Source: Christensenella sp. UBA3217
GTDB lineage: Bacteria; Bacillota; Clostridia; Christensenellales; CAG-1252
DNA length: 64,000 nt
Direction of reading: 5' to 3'
NCBI GenBank assembly: GCA_002363545.1
Contig: DEWF01000001.1
Coordinates: forward strand, 307,049-371,048
Part shown: positions 56,318-64,000 of the stretch, piece by piece
Layout of the letters: every line of letters starts with the position of its first letter
Position numbering within the stretch: position 1 is the first letter of the stretch
Notes under the pieces: generated by a model
The model's input: the letters and a program-made list of their open reading frames with translations, nothing else
Databases searched by the model: none
What the model was told of the DNA's origin: nothing
Made by a program: the position numbers and the translations under genes

Positions 56318-56348
56318 ATGATAGCACTTTTTATCCACTTTCGTCCAC
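56318..56348 (-). promoter_or_regulatory. dcw (mraZ) promoter with three direct MraZ-box-like repeats
   Basis: The minus strand reads ATAGTGGAcgAAAGTGGAtaAAAGTGCTATCAT. The GTGG/GTGC boxes are spaced 10-11 bp apart, and the last overlaps an extended -10 (TGCTATCAT). A phased A-tract or UP-like region lies at 56349..56380. Confidence 0.5.
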
Positions 56349-56431
56349 TATTTTTTAAAATTTTTTAATATTTTTTTTGAAATCCATATCTTGTGTTTGT
56401 TTTTATCAAAAACCACAATATGTTGTGCATT

Positions 56432-56452
56432 ATTGGGTGGATATTGGTGGAT
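56432..56452 (+). repeat. tandem ATTGG(G)TGGAT x2, carrying GTGGA boxes in the opposite orientation to the promoter-proximal set
   Basis: The + strand reads attgggtggat attggtggat. A small palindrome, CACAATATGTTGTG, lies adjacent at 56414..56427. Confidence 0.35.
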
Positions 56453-56481
56453 ATTTTTTCTGAGAAAACATGAAAACGCAT

Positions 56482-56516
56482 AAAAAAAGAGGAAGAACCG
56501 AGCTTGTTTCTTCCTC
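56482..56516 (-). terminator. intrinsic terminator after the metallophosphoesterase gene
   Basis: On the minus strand the hairpin GAGGAAGAA-acaagctcgg-TTCTTCCTC is followed by TTTTTTT. Confidence 0.8.
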
Positions 56517-56567
56517 AAATCTTTGATTTTTACGATTTTTGACCGGAAAAGGGATAAAAGTGGCGAA

Positions 56568-57251
56568 TCAGTCGGCGATCTCCGCAAGAGCAAAGTCCAA
56601 CAGATCGCAACTGGTCAGATAGTACGCCGTTTTATGGATAAAGACCTTTCGCTTGGCATAGGCGTTCCCATGCAAATGGCCGTAAACCACCTTCTCCACT
56701 TCGTACTTGGTAAAAAGATCGGTCACAGGGGTGTTTTCCAGCGATACGTCAAAAGGCGGATAATGCGTCATGCCGATCACAACGTCCCCTTCCTTTCTTT
56801 CCTTACTCATAGCAGAGAGTGAAAGCTCCAAGCGAATGAGCTCCCTGTCGTAAATCTTTTTATCCTCTTCCGTTTGTTTTTCGCTCGTCCAACCGCGGCT
56901 ACCGCAAATAAGATACTTGCCAAGGCGCAACACGTCGTTTTGAAGTGCGTACACGTTTTCAGGCAAGATCCCTTTCACCTTGGATATGGATTGCCACCAA
57001 TAATCGTGATTTCCCTTCAAAAGCACCTTCTTTCCGGGCAACGCCGCAAGCGCAGCCAGATCCTGCTTTACCTCTTCCAAAGTCATTGCCCACGAAAGAT
57101 CTCCCGCGAGAAGGACCACGTCCTCCTCCCGCACCTTTTTCATCCAATCCAAACGGATCTTATCAAAATGCCCTTCCCACTTCTTGCCAAACACGTCCAT
57201 GGGCTTGTCCACGCAAGAACCGAGATGAAGGTCGGAGATGGAATATATCAT
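56568..57251 (-). CDS. calcineurin-like metallophosphoesterase
   Basis: Motifs ISDLHLG, AGDLSWA, GNHDYWW, MTHYPP and GHLHG are present. Confidence 0.85.
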   Translation of the reverse strand: MIYSISDLHLGSCVDKPMDVFGKKWEGHFDKIRLDWMKKVREEDVVLLAGDLSWAMTLEEVKQDLAALAALPGKKVLLKGNHDYWWQSISKVKGILPENVYALQNDVLRLGKYLICGSRGWTSEKQTEEDKKIYDRELIRLELSLSAMSKERKEGDVVIGMTHYPPFDVSLENTPVTDLFTKYEVEKVVYGHLHGNAYAKRKVFIHKTAYYLTSCDLLDFALAEIAD

Positions 57252-57269
57252 ATCTTTATAGTATCATAA

Positions 57270-57306
57270 CCCGCGCGCGTTTTCAAGGATTTTAAGCGCA
57301 CGCGGG
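57270..57306 (-). terminator. GC-rich hairpin between the hypothetical gene and the phosphoesterase gene (weak terminator or RNA stabiliser; no clear U-tract)
   Basis: CCCGCGCGCG ... GCGCACGCGGG forms an imperfect stem. It is followed on the minus strand by TTATGATAC. Confidence 0.3.
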
Positions 57307-57320
57307 CAATCTTCTTGCGT

Positions 57321-57953
57321 TTATCTCGGGAAAAGCGGAAGGTCGAAAAAGCCTTCGCAGATCTCCTCTTGATACTCTTGGCAAGGGGGTATGTAGCAAT
57401 AGCCGTAAGAGGGCACCAATAACTCCACGTCCATTACCACTTTGAGGATCACCGTCACGCAAAGCGTGATCTCGAACTGTCCGTCGCCAAGATAGCTTCC
57501 TTCCGCAGAAACGGCGTTTACCACAGCCACGATCTCGTAAGGGATCACAGAAGGCTCCGGTACATGCAAAAGCACGTCCTTTGCTATGGTAAAGGTGCTG
57601 GTACCCACCGCCTGCGTTCCGTTCGCATCGGTAAAATTCACCTGCATGGGGACATTTACGTTGCATTGCACCCTACTGCACCCGGGCGTTTCCGTGGCGG
57701 GCGTGACCGTAAGATCGGTAATGGTACCCATCGAACTGCTGCTTCTTGCACCCACAAAAGCAAAAGGCTCACTTACGTCTGCGGGCGTGGTGCTTTCGAG
57801 CGTGATGGTCTGATTGGTCAATGTTTCTTGTTTGATACAAGCGTCGAACACTTTTTTCACTTCGATGCAGACCTTTTCACACAGTCCGTTTGCGGCATTC
57901 CCAACGATAGGTCCCGGCATACGATCGGGGCGAACATTATTAGAAAATGACAT
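57321..57953 (-). CDS. hypothetical Cys-containing, beta-rich protein (possible spore-associated structural protein)
   Basis: The ATG at 57953 has an AAGGAGGT RBS 7 nt upstream. It is 210 aa with no TM segment or signal peptide. Motifs are CEKVCIEVKKVFDACI and a C-terminal GYCYIPPCQEYQEEICEGF. I could not name a family. Confidence 0.6.
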   Translation of the reverse strand: MSFSNNVRPDRMPGPIVGNAANGLCEKVCIEVKKVFDACIKQETLTNQTITLESTTPADVSEPFAFVGARSSSSMGTITDLTVTPATETPGCSRVQCNVNVPMQVNFTDANGTQAVGTSTFTIAKDVLLHVPEPSVIPYEIVAVVNAVSAEGSYLGDGQFEITLCVTVILKVVMDVELLVPSYGYCYIPPCQEYQEEICEGFFDLPLFPR

Positions 57954-58014
57954 AAAATTACCTCCTTATGATAATCTCTAATAAATGATATGAAAGGAGG
58001 GTGATAAAAGTGTC

Positions 58015-58593
58015 TTATAAACGAGAGGAGATGGCGTCCAAAACCTCTTCTCTGCCAATACCGGTCAAAGAAGAAACCACCAAAAGTTGTTCCGGCTCCT
58101 TTTGAAAGCCTTTTGCCACAACGGAAAGGGCCTTTTTTCTGCCTTCTTTGGAGAGTTTATCCGCCTTGGTGGCCACCAAAAGATAAGGGATCGAGTAATA
58201 ATCCAAGTAGGACGCCAGTTGCAAGTCCAATTCGGAAGGATCATGGCGAATATCCACTATCAAAAAGACAAAACGAAGGTTTTTGCTCTCCTGTAAATAG
58301 TACTCAATGAGCCCTTTCCAGGAATCGCGTTCCTTATCCGTCACTTTTGCATACCCGTACCCGGGAAGGTCCACCAAAAAACATTCTCCGTCATTTAAAG
58401 AAAAATAATTGAGCATGCGAGTGCGCCCCGGTTCAGAAGAAGAACGCGCCAACTTTTTGCGGTTGGTGAGCATGTTGATAAAAGAGCTTTTCCCAACGTT
58501 GGACCTGCCTGCGATGGCGATCTCCGGAGCATTCCCTTCAAAGAGTTTTTTGGAAACGATACTCGTTACGTACTCAGCGTTTTTAATGATCAT
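58015..58593 (-). CDS. engB: ribosome biogenesis GTP-binding protein YsxC/EngB
   Basis: The G1 motif is GRSNVGKSSFIN, G3 is DLPGYGYA and G4 is TKADK. The ATG overlaps the lon stop. Confidence 0.93.
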   Translation of the reverse strand: MIIKNAEYVTSIVSKKLFEGNAPEIAIAGRSNVGKSSFINMLTNRKKLARSSSEPGRTRMLNYFSLNDGECFLVDLPGYGYAKVTDKERDSWKGLIEYYLQESKNLRFVFLIVDIRHDPSELDLQLASYLDYYSIPYLLVATKADKLSKEGRKKALSVVAKGFQKEPEQLLVVSSLTGIGREEVLDAISSRL

Positions 58594-60884
58594 AACGATA
58601 AAAGTATCTTATATACTTCCTCCACCCTCTCCACGAAGGTAAAGGTGATCTGCTCGCGCAAAGCATCGGGGATATCTTGCACGTCTTTCTTGTTTTCAAG
58701 CGGAAGGATCACTTTTACAATACCGTTTCTGAGAGCGGCAACACACTTTTCCTTCACCCCACCGATGGGAATAACGCGCCCCACCAAAGAAAGCTCACCC
58801 GTGATGGCATAGTCCCCTCGCACAGGTTTTCCGATCAATGCGGAAAGAATTGCCGTTGAGATGGCGCAACCCGCCGAAGGACCGTCTTTCGGCACGGCTC
58901 CATCGGGGAAATGCACGTGGATATCTTTCTCCGAAAGATCGATCTTATATCCCAAAGATTCCGCATATTTGCGAGCATCGGACAGTGCGATCTCCACCGA
59001 TTCCTTCATAACGTTGCCCAAATTACCTGTGACGATCTTTTTGTCCTTTCCGTTCATGACAAGACATTCCACATCCAGGGTTTCACCGCCGTTTTCCGTC
59101 CAAGCAAGCCCGTGTACAACGCCCACTCTATCCTGTCTGTCCGTATCGGTATCGGCAAATTTCGGAATGCCGAGGTACTTTTCCAGGTCCGCCGCATCCA
59201 CGATCACCTTGCCTTTTTGCTCCACGACCGCCACGGCGACCTTGCGCAAGATCTTACCGATCAACTGTTCCAAGCGACGCACGCCCGCTTCTCTCGTATA
59301 GAAGCGGATCATACGGTCTATCGCTCCGTCCGAAAGTGAAACGTCCTCTTCTTTCAAGTGATAATTCTCCATTTGCTTGGGAAGCAGGAATTTCCGCGCG
59401 ATCAGGCGCTTTTCTTCGGGAAGATAACTGCCAAGCTCAATGATCTCCATGCGGTCAAGCAAGGGACGCGACATGGGTTGCAAAGAGTTTGCCGTGGTAA
59501 TAAACATTACCTTAGACAAATCAAATGGCAGATCGATATAGTGATCTTGATAAGTGGAATTTTGCTTGGGATCCAACACTTCCAAAAGCGCGTTAGAGGG
59601 GTCCCCTTTGTAATCCGCACCGAGTTTATCTATCTCATCCAACAGGAACACAGGGTTGGATGTCCCTGCCTTTTTAATACCTGCAATGATCCTACCCGGC
59701 ATGGAACCGATATAGGTGCGGCGATGTCCGCGGATCTCCGCCTCATCGTGCACGCCGCCAAGGCTGGCCCTTACATATTCGCGCCCCAACGCTTTTGCAA
59801 TGGACGCCACGATGGAAGTTTTACCAACACCCGGAGGTCCAACCAAACAAAGAATGTTGGTCACGTTACCGCCGCTGAGATTATGCACGGCAAGATACTC
59901 AATGATCCTATCCTTAACTTCCTGAATGCCGTAATGGTCCTCGTCCAAAACCTCTCGCGCATGCGCAATGTCGGTATTCTCCTCGCTGTACTTTCCCCAA
60001 GGGAGCGCTAGTACGGTATCCAAATAATTTTTGCAAACAAAACTTTCGGGACTACCCGTTTGCAAGGAAAACATCTTATTAAGTTCTCTCGTGAGTTTAT
60101 CCTTTACTTCATCCGACGCATTCAGGTCCGCAATGGCCTGTTCGTACTTCTCGCGCTCGTCATCACTGCCGTAAAGCTCTTCGTTAATGACCTTTAACTC
60201 TTCACGCAAATAGTACTCGCGTTGGCTTTTATCGATATTGGCTTGGATCTTTTTCTCAATTTCCTCACGGATCTTGGTTTGATCCAACTGCACTCCGATG
60301 GCAACCGCTATGATCTCCAAACGTTCTGAAAGTTTTTGCGCATAAAAAAGCGCATTGGTATCCGCATTGTGAAAAGCAGGTCCGCAGGCATTGATCCATT
60401 TGTTCGGATCGTGCAGGTCAAAAGGAGGCAATTCGCGGTAAACTTTTTCCGCATTTTTGGAAGCGGCAAGACGATGGATGCCCGAAGAGATGATATTACC
60501 GTACGAAGCGATGGTATCCTCATCACAGTCCTTTTCATAGGGATAATCCAAGATCTTGGCAAAGGCCACCTCGTTAGAAAAGATCACTTCCTCAATTTTT
60601 ACGCGCATCAAAGAGCGCCCGAGGAAGGATTGTGCGTTTTCCTTGTCGTGCAAAGAATTGATCTGTACCAAAGTGCCGATCCCCGACCCTTCTTTCAAAA
60701 GATCGGTGGCAACGAATGCCGCACCGGGCACAAGAAGAGAACGATACTTTTCCTCATACAAACGTTTATCGATATTCAAATTCACGTCGGTATCGGGAAG
60801 GATCGCCCTATTAAACCCGGGAAGCACGGGATAAAGCTCTTTGAGTGAGTTCTGCTCGCTTAAAGAAATATCGTTTTCATTCAT
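58590..60884 (-). CDS. lon: ATP-dependent Lon protease (LonA type)
   Basis: Walker A is GPPGVGKTS, Walker B is FLLDEIDK and the protease Ser site is PKDGPSAG. The ATG at 60884 is preferred, because the GGGAG in the track's TTG-start codons serves as its RBS. Confidence 0.96.
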   Translation of the reverse strand: MNENDISLSEQNSLKELYPVLPGFNRAILPDTDVNLNIDKRLYEEKYRSLLVPGAAFVATDLLKEGSGIGTLVQINSLHDKENAQSFLGRSLMRVKIEEVIFSNEVAFAKILDYPYEKDCDEDTIASYGNIISSGIHRLAASKNAEKVYRELPPFDLHDPNKWINACGPAFHNADTNALFYAQKLSERLEIIAVAIGVQLDQTKIREEIEKKIQANIDKSQREYYLREELKVINEELYGSDDEREKYEQAIADLNASDEVKDKLTRELNKMFSLQTGSPESFVCKNYLDTVLALPWGKYSEENTDIAHAREVLDEDHYGIQEVKDRIIEYLAVHNLSGGNVTNILCLVGPPGVGKTSIVASIAKALGREYVRASLGGVHDEAEIRGHRRTYIGSMPGRIIAGIKKAGTSNPVFLLDEIDKLGADYKGDPSNALLEVLDPKQNSTYQDHYIDLPFDLSKVMFITTANSLQPMSRPLLDRMEIIELGSYLPEEKRLIARKFLLPKQMENYHLKEEDVSLSDGAIDRMIRFYTREAGVRRLEQLIGKILRKVAVAVVEQKGKVIVDAADLEKYLGIPKFADTDTDRQDRVGVVHGLAWTENGGETLDVECLVMNGKDKKIVTGNLGNVMKESVEIALSDARKYAESLGYKIDLSEKDIHVHFPDGAVPKDGPSAGCAISTAILSALIGKPVRGDYAITGELSLVGRVIPIGGVKEKCVAALRNGIVKVILPLENKKDVQDIPDALREQITFTFVERVEEVYKILLSL

Positions 60885-60904
60885 CTTCGGTACTCCCAAT
60901 CAAA

Positions 60905-62143
60905 TTATGCGGACTGCTTATAAACAACGGTCGGCTGCGCGATCTTTTTGATCGCATCGGCGGTGACGATAACCTTTTCCACGTCTTCCGAGCCGGGAAG
61001 TTTATACATGATATCCAGCATCACGTCTTCCAAGATGCAACGCAAACCGCGCGCGCCCGTCTTTAAAGCAATCGCCTTTTTCGCAACCTCATCGATCGCT
61101 TCTTTCTCAAAGTCCAACTGCACGTGATCAAAGTCAAACAGTTTCTTGTATTGTTTGGTAAGCGCGTTTTTCGGCTCGGTAAGGATCTTGATAAGAGCGG
61201 TTTCGTCAAGCGCATTCAGCCCCACAACGATGGGCACTCTGCCCACAAACTCGGGGATCAAACCGAATTTGATCAAATCGTCCGGTTGAACGTCCTTGAT
61301 CATATCCGCATACCCGTGTTCGGCAATTGCGGCAACGTCCGCACCGAAGCCAAGACCGGTTTTGGCACGTCTTTTATCCACGATCTTATCTAAGCCCACA
61401 AAAGCACCACCGCAAATAAAGAGGATGTTGGTGGTATCAATTTGCAAACACTCCTGCTGCGGATGTTTTCTTCCGCCCTGCGGAGGCACACTTGCAACCG
61501 TGCTTTCAATGATCTTCAAAAGCGCCTGTTGGACTCCTTCACCGCTCACGTCACGCGTGATGCTAACGTTTTCGCCCTTACGGGCGATCTTGTCAATTTC
61601 GTCAATATAAACGATGCCTCTCTCGGCAAGTTTGATATCGTAATTCGCGGCTTGGATGAGTTTAAGAAGAATATTTTCCACATCTTCACCAACGTATCCC
61701 GCTTCGGTAAGGGTGGTGGCGTCCGCCACGGCAAAAGGAACGTTTAAGATATTGGCAAGCGTTTTGGCAAGCAAAGTCTTGCCGCTACCCGTGGGGCCAA
61801 GCAAAAGAACGTTGCTCTTTTCCAGCACCACACCGTCCGAATTATCCATTTTGCGGTTGATACGCTTATAATGGTTATACACCGCCACAGACAAGGTCTT
61901 TTTCGCCTCATCCTGCCCAACGATATATTCGTCAAGTTTTTCCTTGATCTCACGCGGGGTGGGAAGTTTATCCTCGTCATAGCGAGGCGTATCCGCCATT
62001 TCGCCACGCAAGATATCGGCGCATGCGTTTACGCATTCATCGCAAATATAGGCGCCGCTCTTGCTACCGATCATGCGTCTTACTTCGGCACTCTTTTTCC
62101 CGCAAAAAGAACAGGTATTTTCCACTTCGAATTTAACTGACAT
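60905..62143 (-). CDS. clpX: ATP-dependent Clp protease ATP-binding subunit ClpX
   Basis: The zinc finger is CSFCGK...YICDEC. Motifs GPTGSGKT and IVYIDEIDK are present. A GGAGG RBS is present. Confidence 0.97.
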   Translation of the reverse strand: MSVKFEVENTCSFCGKKSAEVRRMIGSKSGAYICDECVNACADILRGEMADTPRYDEDKLPTPREIKEKLDEYIVGQDEAKKTLSVAVYNHYKRINRKMDNSDGVVLEKSNVLLLGPTGSGKTLLAKTLANILNVPFAVADATTLTEAGYVGEDVENILLKLIQAANYDIKLAERGIVYIDEIDKIARKGENVSITRDVSGEGVQQALLKIIESTVASVPPQGGRKHPQQECLQIDTTNILFICGGAFVGLDKIVDKRRAKTGLGFGADVAAIAEHGYADMIKDVQPDDLIKFGLIPEFVGRVPIVVGLNALDETALIKILTEPKNALTKQYKKLFDFDHVQLDFEKEAIDEVAKKAIALKTGARGLRCILEDVMLDIMYKLPGSEDVEKVIVTADAIKKIAQPTVVYKQSA

Positions 62144-62161
62144 CCTGCCTCCGATTTAAGA

Positions 62162-62767
62162 TTATCTCGTATAATAGATCTTATCGATCAATCCATATGC
62201 AAGCGCTTCCTCTGCGTTCATATAGTTATCACGCTCGGTATCCTCGCACACCTTCTCATAAGGTTGACCGCTTTTCTCGCTGAGAATGGTATTAAGCTTC
62301 TTTTTATCCTTCAAAAGCTGCTTGGTATAGATCTCCACGTCCGTTGCGGAACCGCCGAGGCCGCCTGAGATCAAAACCTGATGGATCATAATTTCCGCAT
62401 TGGGAAGCGCAAAGCGCTTACCCTTGGTACCTGCGGAAAGAAGCACCGCACCCATGCTCATGGCGCTACCGATACAAATGGTGTTCACGTCACACTTGAT
62501 ATAGTTCATCGTATCGTAGATAGCAAGACCGTCCGTCACACTGCCGCCCGGGCTGTTGATATACAAATAGATATCCTTTGTGGGATCTTTGGCTTCCAAA
62601 TAAATGAGCTGTGCGATCACAAGGTTTGCCGTGTCGGTCGTAATGGGACCGGAAAGAAAGATGATACGGTCTTCCAACAAACGGGAGAAAATGTCATACT
62701 GTCTCTCGCCGTGATTGGTCTGATCGATGACAAAAGGAACCATGGTGTTTGAAATTTTTTTCTCCAT
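62162..62767 (-). CDS. clpP: ATP-dependent Clp protease proteolytic subunit
   Basis: Motifs [15 protein letters not shown], the catalytic Ser in GSAMSMGA, and His in IMIHQ are present. GAGGT lies upstream of the ATG at 62767. Confidence 0.96.
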   Translation of the reverse strand: MEKKISNTMVPFVIDQTNHGERQYDIFSRLLEDRIIFLSGPITTDTANLVIAQLIYLEAKDPTKDIYLYINSPGGSVTDGLAIYDTMNYIKCDVNTICIGSAMSMGAVLLSAGTKGKRFALPNAEIMIHQVLISGGLGGSATDVEIYTKQLLKDKKKLNTILSEKSGQPYEKVCEDTERDNYMNAEEALAYGLIDKIYYTR

Positions 62768-62814
62768 AATGACTGATACCTCGCCTATATTTATTGACGG
62801 TTGATGAAGAATTA

Positions 62815-64000
62815 TTACCTGATGTTGTTATTATCCGAAAGGAACTTTATGAGCTTATCGGTCATCAAGGTGTTCAAGATATAATCCGCCTCCTCCTGCT
62901 TCATGTTGCGTCTGTACTCGCCCGCTTTCTTGCCTGCGGATGCCGCTCTCACCTCAATGGCCGCATCAAAATCCGCCTGCGTCACTTGCAGGTTTTCCTT
63001 TTCCACGATATAGGTCATGATAAAACGAGTCAACTCACGCTCTTTTGCTTCCTCTTTGTAAGAAGCGATCATGTCTTCCTCGGTCTTGCCGATATACTGC
63101 ATATACGTTGCAAAGGGGATGCCTTGGCTCTCCATGCGCTCCTTCATATCTTGGAGCATCCTGTGCGCCCTGTTCTCGATCAATGCTTCGGACATTTCGA
63201 TGGGGTTGTTCTTCAAAAGAGTTTCGATGATGCGGTTGGAAGTTGCGATCTCGGCATTCTTCTGCTCGCGTTCTTCCGCTCTCTTACGAACGTCCGCTTT
63301 GTATGCTTCAAAGGTATCGAATTCACTCACGTCCTTTGCAAAGTCATCATCCGCTTCGGGAAGCACTTTCTCGCTGACGGAATTCACTTTGCAAGCGAAC
63401 ACGGCTTCTTTTCCCGCAAGATCTTTTGCATGGTAATCTTCGGGGAAGGTAACGACAACGTCCTTGCTTTCACCCGCTTTGGTGCCGATGAGTTGATCTT
63501 CAAAGCCGGGAATAAAGCTACCGCTACCGATCACGAGGGTCTGCTTTTCCGCAGTACCGCCGTCAAACTTCACGCCGTCCACAGAGCCGCTGTAATCCAA
63601 GTTGATTTGATCACCGTTCTTAACGGCGCGCTCCACGCTGTTCCAATAACCCGCTCTGTCGCGAGCCGCCTCGATCTCACGCTCCACAGCGCCGTCCACA
63701 TCAGGAACGACCTTCTCAATATCCAAACCGGTGTACTTTAACTCTTCCACCTTGGGGAGATAGGCAATGGTTAAAGAGAAGCAAACCTTTCCGTTTTCCA
63801 AAGCGGAAACGTCAAGTGCGGGACGCATTGCAAGGCGCTCCGCATCAATGGTCTTGCTCTCCATCAAAGCGTTGTAAACTTCGTTCACAGCCACCTCTTC
63901 GGTATCTGCAACGAAAACATCCTTTCCGTAAGTATTTTCAATGACGGCACGAGGTGCATGACCCTTGCGGAAACCCACCACGGAAAACTTGCCTTTGTTT
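62815..64000 (-). CDS. tig: trigger factor (5' end lies beyond the window)
   Basis: Motifs [13 protein letters not shown] and the FKBP-type PPIase block [10 protein letters not shown] are present. The reading frame stays open to nt 64000 (..[13 protein letters not shown]), so the track's M at 63981 is an internal GTG. Confidence 0.93.
   Translation of the reverse strand, partial: NKGKFSVVGFRKGHAPRAVIENTYGKDVFVADTEEVAVNEVYNALMESKTIDAERLAMRPALDVSALENGKVCFSLTIAYLPKVEELKYTGLDIEKVVPDVDGAVEREIEAARDRAGYWNSVERAVKNGDQINLDYSGSVDGVKFDGGTAEKQTLVIGSGSFIPGFEDQLIGTKAGESKDVVVTFPEDYHAKDLAGKEAVFACKVNSVSEKVLPEADDDFAKDVSEFDTFEAYKADVRKRAEEREQKNAEIATSNRIIETLLKNNPIEMSEALIENRAHRMLQDMKERMESQGIPFATYMQYIGKTEEDMIASYKEEAKERELTRFIMTYIVEKENLQVTQADFDAAIEVRAASAGKKAGEYRRNMKQEEADYILNTLMTDKLIKFLSDNNNIR

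Noticed and set aside
55756-56358. A 200-aa ORF on the + strand.
   Set aside because: It is antisense to rsmH and mraZ.
56348-56593. An 81-aa minus-strand ORF in the mraZ upstream region.
   Set aside because: It covers an AT-rich promoter or UP region and a terminator hairpin. It has no RBS and a Lys/Phe-rich junk composition.
57292-57950. Alternative-frame ORFs (124 aa on the minus strand; 128 aa and 75 aa on the + strand) overlapping the 210-aa hypothetical gene.
   Set aside because: Only the 57321..57953 frame has a strong RBS and a protein-like composition. The others are Arg/Gly/Cys-rich frame artefacts.
62794-63741. A 315-aa ORF on the + strand.
   Set aside because: It is antisense to trigger factor.
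1-64000. A window-wide look for CRISPR arrays, IS elements, integrases, prophage genes, toxin-antitoxin pairs, restriction-modification or other defence modules, riboswitches and T-boxes.
   Set aside because: None were found. Intergenic space is small and is accounted for by promoters, terminators, tRNA-Leu, its duplicated 3' end and rnpB. Apart from the three uncertain proteins flagged in the findings, every sizeable ORF on the coding strand has a housekeeping or sporulation assignment.

Overview
This window is a densely packed block of core housekeeping genes: 59 CDS, one tRNA and RNase P RNA. All but two genes lie on the minus strand. The source looks like an endospore-forming Bacillota, probably Clostridia-like, because it has a type-A RNase P RNA, spoIIGA-sigE-sigG plus an uninterrupted sigK, and Clostridium-style gene orders. 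In transcription order (right to left) the blocks are:
- tig (5' partial)-clpP-clpX-lon-engB
- a hypothetical protein and a metallophosphoesterase
- the dcw cluster mraZ-rsmH-X-PBP-murE-mraY-murD-ftsW-murA-ftsQ-ftsA-ftsZ
- spoIIGA-sigE-sigG-ylmC
- nrdR and an RluA-family synthase
- sigK
- rnpB (+)
- a 2446-aa cyclic beta-1,2-glucan synthase-like gene
- rarA-ruvX-DUF1292
- rpsB-tsf-pyrH-frr-uppS-cdsA-dxr-rseP-ispG-[polC slot]-rimP-nusA-ylxR-ylxQ-infB-rbfA-nrnA-truB-ribF and an Nfo-like gene
- pepP-like and efp
- a Na/Pi cotransporter (+)
- polA-coaE-slt
- tRNA-Leu
- a flavodoxin/ferredoxin gene, a HAD hydrolase and a YiiX-like hydrolase.
I found no CRISPR array, IS or transposase, integrase, prophage, toxin-antitoxin pair or recognisable defence module, so I cannot honestly claim a new multi-gene system here. 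The items most worth a second look are:
1. The conserved polC slot between ispG and rimP holds a 487-aa protein. It looks like the PolC N-terminal and OB region fused to a catalytically dead DnaQ-like exonuclease fold, with no polymerase.
2. A perfect 41-bp duplication of the tRNA-Leu 3' end plus its terminator brackets a 109-bp unit that folds on paper into four nested helices.
3. A giant GT84 + GH94 cyclic-glucan-synthase-like gene sits alone among housekeeping genes.
4. Two uncharacterised proteins occupy conserved contexts: the ftsL slot, and the position downstream of engB.
5. Several regulatory architectures are readable directly from the sequence: MraZ boxes, an NrdR box on the nrdR promoter, a Spo0A box with a possibly leaderless spoIIGA, and a nusA-operon leader terminator.
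All assignments rest on by-eye motif recognition and remembered family consensus sequences. No searches or folding programs were run. Start codons were chosen by hand from RBS context.
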